A DNA stretch of 64,000 nt. It comes from Candidatus Aceula meridiana (GTDB lineage Bacteria; Omnitrophota; Gorgyraeia; Zapsychrales; Aceulaceae). Position numbers and translations under genes: made by a program. Under the pieces are notes generated by a model. That model saw only the letters and a program-made list of their open reading frames with translations. It did not search any database and was not told where the DNA came from. The first letter of the stretch is position 1. The number at the start of each line of letters is the position of its first letter. The DNA lies in assembly GCA_030765185.1 (NCBI GenBank), contig JAVCDE010000003.1, forward strand, positions 38 to 64,037. Reading direction: 5' to 3'. Positions 59,096 to 64,000 of this stretch are shown one piece after another.

Positions 59096-59771
59096 TCCAC
59101 AAAATACTGTTGTCGTAGCCATTGACGGGCCAGCTGGTGCCGGAAAAAGTACTATTGCTAAAGCCGTTGCGAAGCACTTAGGCTTTACCTATCTAGACAC
59201 GGGTGCGATGTATCGATCTTTAACGCTTAAGGCATTAAAACAGAATGTTAATCTTGAGAGCGAAGAGGATTTAGTTAAGCTTGCAGAGAACACTCTGATT
59301 GACCTTATTGTCAGCGAAGATCATCAGCTTAAAGTTCTTTTAGATAATGAAGATGTTACTGAAGAAATTCGCACGGTAGAGGTTACGAATAACACTTTCT
59401 TTATAGCACGCACGCCTGGTGTCCGAACCATTATGGTTGATCGCCAGAGAGAGATTGGTGGTTCAAATAATATTGTAGCTGAAGGAAGGGATATCGGAAC
59501 AGTTGTTTTTCCAGCTGCAAAAAAGAAATTTTATCTTGATGCCAACCTTGAAGAGCGCTCTCAGAGACGCTTTAAAGAGCTAGCAGAAAAAGGAAAGCAA
59601 GTCGAACCTAAGGATATTCAGACTGATCTTCAAGACAGGGATCATAAAGATTTTACACGGAAAGTCGGTGCTTTAAAGATTGCTGATGACGCCATTGTCA
59701 TCGACTCCACACACATGTCCATCGAAGACGTTGTAAGCCACATTATTGAAATTGTTGTACAAAATGGATAA
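59085..59771 (+). CDS. cmk: cytidylate kinase
   Basis: IDGPAGAGKST, DTGAMYR, EGRDIGTVVFP. Confidence 0.96.
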   Translation: MPSNPQNTVVVAIDGPAGAGKSTIAKAVAKHLGFTYLDTGAMYRSLTLKALKQNVNLESEEDLVKLAENTLIDLIVSEDHQLKVLLDNEDVTEEIRTVEVTNNTFFIARTPGVRTIMVDRQREIGGSNNIVAEGRDIGTVVFPAAKKKFYLDANLEERSQRRFKELAEKGKQVEPKDIQTDLQDRDHKDFTRKVGALKIADDAIVIDSTHMSIEDVVSHIIEIVVQNG

Positions 59772-61554
59772 ATCCCTCATTCGTAATTTTTCTATTATTG
59801 CTCATATCGATCACGGTAAGTCTACCTTAGCGGATAGGATGATGCTTTATACCGGCGCGATCGATGAGCGAAAATTTCATAATCAACTTTTAGATGACAT
59901 GGATCTTGAGCGTGAGCGAGGAATCACGATTAAGGCTTCGGCCGTTCGCCTTAAATATAAAGCTACCGATGGCAAGACTTATATGCTTAATCTTATTGAT
60001 ACCCCTGGGCATGTTGATTTCACATATGAGGTTGAGAAATCTTTACGTGCTTGCGAAGGTGCATTGCTTGTTGTTGATGCTTCTCAAGGGGTAGAGTCGC
60101 AAACAATTGGTAATTTTTATCTTGGTATTGAGAGCAACCTTGAGATGCTTCCTGTTGTTAACAAAATTGATATTGCTAATATTGATTTAAGTATCGCAAA
60201 AAATGAACTTCAGGAAATTTTTGGTTTTAAGGAAAAAGATACGGTTTTTGTCTCGGCAAAAGAAGGGACAGGAATCAAAGAACTCTTAGAAAAGATTGTT
60301 GAGTTTATTCCTCCTCCTGAGGGTGATGACAGCGCTCCTGTCCAGGCCCTTATTTTTGATTCAAAGTATGATGTCTATAAAGGGGTCGTCGTCTATATCC
60401 GTCTAATCAATGGTGTTTTAAAGCCAAACATGAAAATTAAGATGATGCATCTTGATAAGGAATTTACTGTTGAGGAAATAGGTATTTTAAAACCTGAAGC
60501 GGAAAAAGTAAAACAGCTGACAGCTGGTGAAGTTGGATACATTACTTGCAACATTCGCGACCCAAGCGAGGTTCATGTTGGAGACACAGTTACGGATGCT
60601 AGCAATCCTACGGAAAAGCCATTAGAAGGCTACCGTCAGTTAAAGCCTCTTGTTTTTGCCGGCATGTATCCGGAGAATTCTAAAGATTTTATGAACTTGC
60701 GTGAAGCCATTGAGAAGCTGCGCCTTAACGATCCTAGTTTTGTTTATGAGCCGGAATCATCGCAATCGTTTGGACATGGATTTAGGTGTGGTTTTTTAGG
60801 ACTTTTGCATATGGAAATTGTGCAAGAGAGACTTCAGCGGGAATTTAACTTAAATTTAATTCTAACAACTCCTAATGTTAGTTATCGTATTGTTAAGAAA
60901 AATAAAGAGGTCGTTGAAATTGAAAGTCCGTCGCAGCTTCCGGATTTAACAGAAATCGATCAAATTGAAGAGCCGATTTTAAGTGTTTCTGTTTTTACGC
61001 CTGTTGGCACAATGGATGCGGTTATGGAGTTTTCCAAACGTAAGCGAGCTGTTTATCAAGAAAGCAGTTACGTCTCTGATCGTATGAAAATTGTTTTTGA
61101 TGTCCCACTTTCTGAAGTTATTGTTGATTTTAATGATTTGGTTAAGTCAGCGACTCGCGGCTATGGTTCGATTGATTATGAATTTAAAGGATACCAAGTA
61201 ACACAAATTGTTAAGATGGATATTTTAATCAACGGTAAGATATGTGATGCTTTTTCGTGTTTGGTACATAAAGAACGTTCCTATGAAAAAGGGCAGTCAT
61301 TGGTCTCTAAATTAAAAGAACTTATTCCTCAGCAGCTTTTTGAAGTGCGTATTCAGGCCTCATGTAATGGGCGAATTCTCTCAAGCGCAAAGGTGCGTGC
61401 TGTTGGAAAGAATGTAACGGCGAAGTGTTATGGGGGAGACATTTCGCGCAAACGTAAACTTTGGGAAAAACAAAAGGAAGGGAAAAAGCGTCTTAAGCAA
61501 ATTGGTCAAGTTGAAATTCCTCAAGAGGCTTTTTTAGCGGTATTAAAATTATGA
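59764..61554 (+). CDS. lepA: elongation factor 4
   Basis: RNFSIIAHIDHGKSTLADR, DTPGHVDF, GFRCGFLGLLH, KCYGGDISRKRKL. Confidence 0.97.
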   Translation: MDKSLIRNFSIIAHIDHGKSTLADRMMLYTGAIDERKFHNQLLDDMDLERERGITIKASAVRLKYKATDGKTYMLNLIDTPGHVDFTYEVEKSLRACEGALLVVDASQGVESQTIGNFYLGIESNLEMLPVVNKIDIANIDLSIAKNELQEIFGFKEKDTVFVSAKEGTGIKELLEKIVEFIPPPEGDDSAPVQALIFDSKYDVYKGVVVYIRLINGVLKPNMKIKMMHLDKEFTVEEIGILKPEAEKVKQLTAGEVGYITCNIRDPSEVHVGDTVTDASNPTEKPLEGYRQLKPLVFAGMYPENSKDFMNLREAIEKLRLNDPSFVYEPESSQSFGHGFRCGFLGLLHMEIVQERLQREFNLNLILTTPNVSYRIVKKNKEVVEIESPSQLPDLTEIDQIEEPILSVSVFTPVGTMDAVMEFSKRKRAVYQESSYVSDRMKIVFDVPLSEVIVDFNDLVKSATRGYGSIDYEFKGYQVTQIVKMDILINGKICDAFSCLVHKERSYEKGQSLVSKLKELIPQQLFEVRIQASCNGRILSSAKVRAVGKNVTAKCYGGDISRKRKLWEKQKEGKKRLKQIGQVEIPQEAFLAVLKL

Positions 61555-62138
61555 ATTTTAAAAAATATTTACACAAAAGTCATCCTGTCCGAGAGTGGGG
61601 TGAGTCCATTATTATTGCGTTTTTTTTGGCGATGGTGATTCGTACTTTTTTCATTCAAGCGTTTAAAATTCCAACTGGATCGATGCGCATGACACTTATA
61701 GAAGGAGACCGTATCCTTGTTGACAAACTGCGCTATGGTCCTATGATTCCTTTTAGCGATATCCGTCTTCCTGGATTTGGGTCTTTAGAGAGAGGGGATG
61801 TCGTTGTTTTTAAATATCCGGTAAATCCTAAGCGGGATTTTATTAAACGTTTTATCGCGTTTCCCGGGGAGACTGTTGAGATTATCGATGGGGATATCTA
61901 TATTGATGGAACGCTTATTGAGGATTCACGGATAAAAAATACTTTTTATTATAACCGTGGAAAGTATGGTATGCGGCATCAAAAGGTAACGGTACCTGAA
62001 GATCATTATTTTGTTTTAGGCGACAATAGTTCTTCTAGTATGGATAGCCGTTTTTGGGGATTTGTCCCTGAGTCGTATTTAATTGGAAGAGCTGAATTTA
62101 TTTATTGGCCAGTAACCAGAATTAGGAAGATAAAATAA
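61551..62138 (+). CDS. lepB: signal peptidase I
   Basis: IPTGSM, FIKR, LGDN...DSRFWGFVP. Confidence 0.95.
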   Translation: MNFKKYLHKSHPVREWGESIIIAFFLAMVIRTFFIQAFKIPTGSMRMTLIEGDRILVDKLRYGPMIPFSDIRLPGFGSLERGDVVVFKYPVNPKRDFIKRFIAFPGETVEIIDGDIYIDGTLIEDSRIKNTFYYNRGKYGMRHQKVTVPEDHYFVLGDNSSSSMDSRFWGFVPESYLIGRAEFIYWPVTRIRKIK

Positions 62139-62407
62139 TGAAAATTTTATTTTTACTTATTTGCTTTTTGTCTTTTATCGGATGCCAGACATGCTTTACG
62201 TGCCGAGGTAGCTCGCCTAAAGCAATAGTAAACCCTAAAGGCGAAAGCGATCAGGAAGTTCAATCTGCCATTGAGTCTGTTGCCGGCGCTGTAACCCAGA
62301 CAAAAGTTTATATCAGATATTGCCCTGTCTGTGGTAGACGTTTTAGTCCAGATCAAGAAAAGTGTCCGTATGATGGCAGTGAATTGAAAGATTTAAAAGA
62401 GGAATAG
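62138..62407 (+). CDS. small putative lipoprotein with C-terminal zinc-ribbon-like motif
   Basis: FIG-C lipobox-like site; CPVCG...CPYDG; translationally coupled on both sides. Confidence 0.7.
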   Translation: MKILFLLICFLSFIGCQTCFTCRGSSPKAIVNPKGESDQEVQSAIESVAGAVTQTKVYIRYCPVCGRRFSPDQEKCPYDGSELKDLKEE

Positions 62408-62968
62408 ATGAGTTTAACCTTGGCCAATAAATTAACCATCGGAAGAATTCTAGCTGTTCCTTTCTTTATTGCCTCGTTAATTTATTATGTTCCTGAGCGT
62501 GATTATTTGCGTTATTTTGCTTTGGGGATTTTTTTGCTGGCCATTATTACCGATGTGATTGATGGATATGTCGCTCGGCGCCACCATCAGAAGACTGAAG
62601 CAGGGGCGATTTTGGATCCTTTGGCAGATAAGTTTCTTTTAATCAGTGCTTTTGTATGTCTTTATAAAGTTAAAGAAATAAGCGGTAGCTTGGGGGTTCC
62701 AATGTCTATTTTGCTTATTGTGATTAGCCGCGATGCAATTTTATTAACTGGGTCAGCTGTAATATATATGGTTAACAGTAAAATCGATATCGTGCCAACA
62801 AAATGGGGTAAGGCTACAACATTTCTTCAAGTTGTTGCTATCGTTGGAGTTTTTTTGAGATTACCTATTTTTCCTATTGCATGGTATGCTGTCGCCGGTA
62901 TAACAATTATTTCAGGGCTTGATTATGTTCGAAATGGAATGAAGGCGCTTAATGTTAATGTTAATTAA
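62408..62968 (+). CDS. pgsA: CDP-alcohol phosphatidyltransferase (PgsA-like)
   Basis: ANKLT..R, TDVIDGYVAR, GAILDPLADK. Confidence 0.85.
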   Translation: MSLTLANKLTIGRILAVPFFIASLIYYVPERDYLRYFALGIFLLAIITDVIDGYVARRHHQKTEAGAILDPLADKFLLISAFVCLYKVKEISGSLGVPMSILLIVISRDAILLTGSAVIYMVNSKIDIVPTKWGKATTFLQVVAIVGVFLRLPIFPIAWYAVAGITIISGLDYVRNGMKALNVNVN

Positions 62969-63587
62969 ATTGATTTTTGGACTTGGACTTTCTTATTTCT
63001 TAGGGTCTATTCCGACAGCTTATATTTTCGGAAAGCTTTATAAGGGAATTGATATTCGTGAGCATGGGTCTAAGAATGTTGGAGCGACAAATGTCTTTCG
63101 AACTCTCGGGAAAGTTCCGGGATCGATTGTCCTTACCCTTGATATTTTAAAAGGTGTTGTCGCTGTTGTTGCTGTTTCATACTTTATACAGGTGGACCAG
63201 GTAGTTTTTTATATTCTCTTTGGAGTTGCTGCTGTTTGTGGACACAATTGGACTGTTTTTTTGAATTTTAAAGGAGGCAAGGGGGTCGCTACAAGCCTTG
63301 GTGTTTTGATAGGGCTGACCATTAAAATTGCTTCTTTGCGTCTTGTTCTTGCTTTTGTGGTTTTGATCTGGACAACTGTTTTTCTTTCTACTGGATATGT
63401 ATCTCTTGCCTCTATGATTGCGGTTGTTTTTTTGCCGCTTTTAATGCTTATTTTTACCCAGTCTTTGGCCCTTATTATTCTTGGCATTGTTTTTTGTATT
63501 TTTGTTGTTTTGCGCCATCGTCCGAATATCCAGAGGCTTCTTAACCGTAAGGAATCCCGCGTTAAACTACCATTTTGTCGTCGATAA
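62952..63587 (+). CDS. plsY: glycerol-3-phosphate acyltransferase
   Basis: LGSIP, GSKNVGATN, DILKG, GHNW, FKGGKGVAT, HRPNI.RL. Confidence 0.95.
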   Translation: MLMLIKLIFGLGLSYFLGSIPTAYIFGKLYKGIDIREHGSKNVGATNVFRTLGKVPGSIVLTLDILKGVVAVVAVSYFIQVDQVVFYILFGVAAVCGHNWTVFLNFKGGKGVATSLGVLIGLTIKIASLRLVLAFVVLIWTTVFLSTGYVSLASMIAVVFLPLLMLIFTQSLALIILGIVFCIFVVLRHRPNIQRLLNRKESRVKLPFCRR

Positions 63588-63780
63588 AAAGAAAGCGGTT
63601 TCTTTTTATCCTTCTACAAAAAGACAAGAAAATCTTTTTTGGCCTAAAGTATTTCATCTTTTTTTCTTCTGTTTTTTTAATCTATTCTTTTTCTTACCGT
63701 CGGGGAATAGAAAAAATCTTTATTTTGAAGAAAACGTTTCCTTTTTTGGTCTTAGTTGACCTTGTTTTTGTAACCTCCGA

Positions 63781-63913
63781 TGTTATACTCGAGGCAGATA
63801 TTAAAGCCACGGGAAACCGAGATTGCAAGGTCCCCACCAGTCATGGAGGACGATAAGCCGAGTTGCCCGGGAACGGATGACTCGGCTTTGACTAAAAAGG
63901 GAAGGACGATAAG
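63781..63913 (+). promoter_or_regulatory. extended -10 promoter followed by a structured 5' leader
   Basis: TG-T-TATACT 63781-63789; hairpins at 63810-63819, 63830-63851, 63855-63888. Confidence 0.45.
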
Positions 63914-64000
63914 ATGAAAGAAATAGCTTTCAAAAACATAACGTCCGTGCGAAAACGTAGAAAAATTATCTCTCTTGTAGAAAAGACCGAGAAAGATGGT
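63914..64000 (+). CDS. 5' part of an unidentified CDS (partial)
   Basis: AAGGA RBS, ATG 63914, MKEIAFKNITSVRKRRKIISLVEKTEKDG open to the window end. Confidence 0.6.
   Translation, partial: MKEIAFKNITSVRKRRKIISLVEKTEKDG

Noticed and set aside
58238-59771. Absence of aroA between tyrA and cmk
   Set aside because: Gene-order variation here is common, and absence from one window says nothing about the genome
412-63856. Many short alternative-frame or antisense ORFs in the track (e.g. 412-795, 462-992, 18475-18936, 51813-52148, 63575-63856)
   Set aside because: They overlap well-supported genes or RNAs and have no RBS or recognisable motifs; treated as shadow ORFs
63800-63870. Firm c-di-GMP-I or cobalamin riboswitch annotation
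   Set aside because: Only fragments of the consensus match; kept as an unclassified candidate leader

Overview
AT-rich bacterial chromosomal window with almost all genes on the + strand. The lineage is probably Omnitrophota (PVC group); this is an inference from the architecture of the 1813-aa protein and the overall gene set. Order of contents: an AAA+/DUF4143 ATPase; the end of a surface-glycan locus (sugar transferase, PglF/CapD-like dehydratase, two O-antigen-ligase paralogues); a DUF5674-type gene pair; pgk-tpiA-secG; an Opp/Dpp ABC transporter; a membrane TPR protein; glgC; a 1813-aa secreted modular protein; a minus-strand acyl-CoA dehydrogenase-etfB-etfA cluster; a small HTH gene, an acyl carrier protein and smc; a PilZ protein and a type IV pilus/T2SS-like locus; cvpA-NIF3-dnaG-rpoD; two tRNAs; zinc-ribbon protein-rnhA-rnpB; yebC-ruvC-ruvA-scpB; pheA-hisC-aroF-tyrA-cmk; lepA-lepB; pgsA-plsY. 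The best candidate for an undescribed system is 19308-25239. There the large signal-peptide protein has presumed conserved N- and C-terminal caps around enzyme-like modules (JAB-like, clan-CD-peptidase-like, CheD/NTAN1-like) punctuated by A-S-S linkers. The gene lies between two identical 36-bp sequences that each contain a perfect 34-bp palindrome, and its promoter region shares a 21/22-nt motif with the minor-pilin operon. Other notable items are an SMC with a much-reduced hinge, phased ATGTAA repeats ahead of a BldC/Xis-like HTH gene, and rnhA reading into the RNase P RNA gene. All family calls come from motif recognition by eye; no searches were run.
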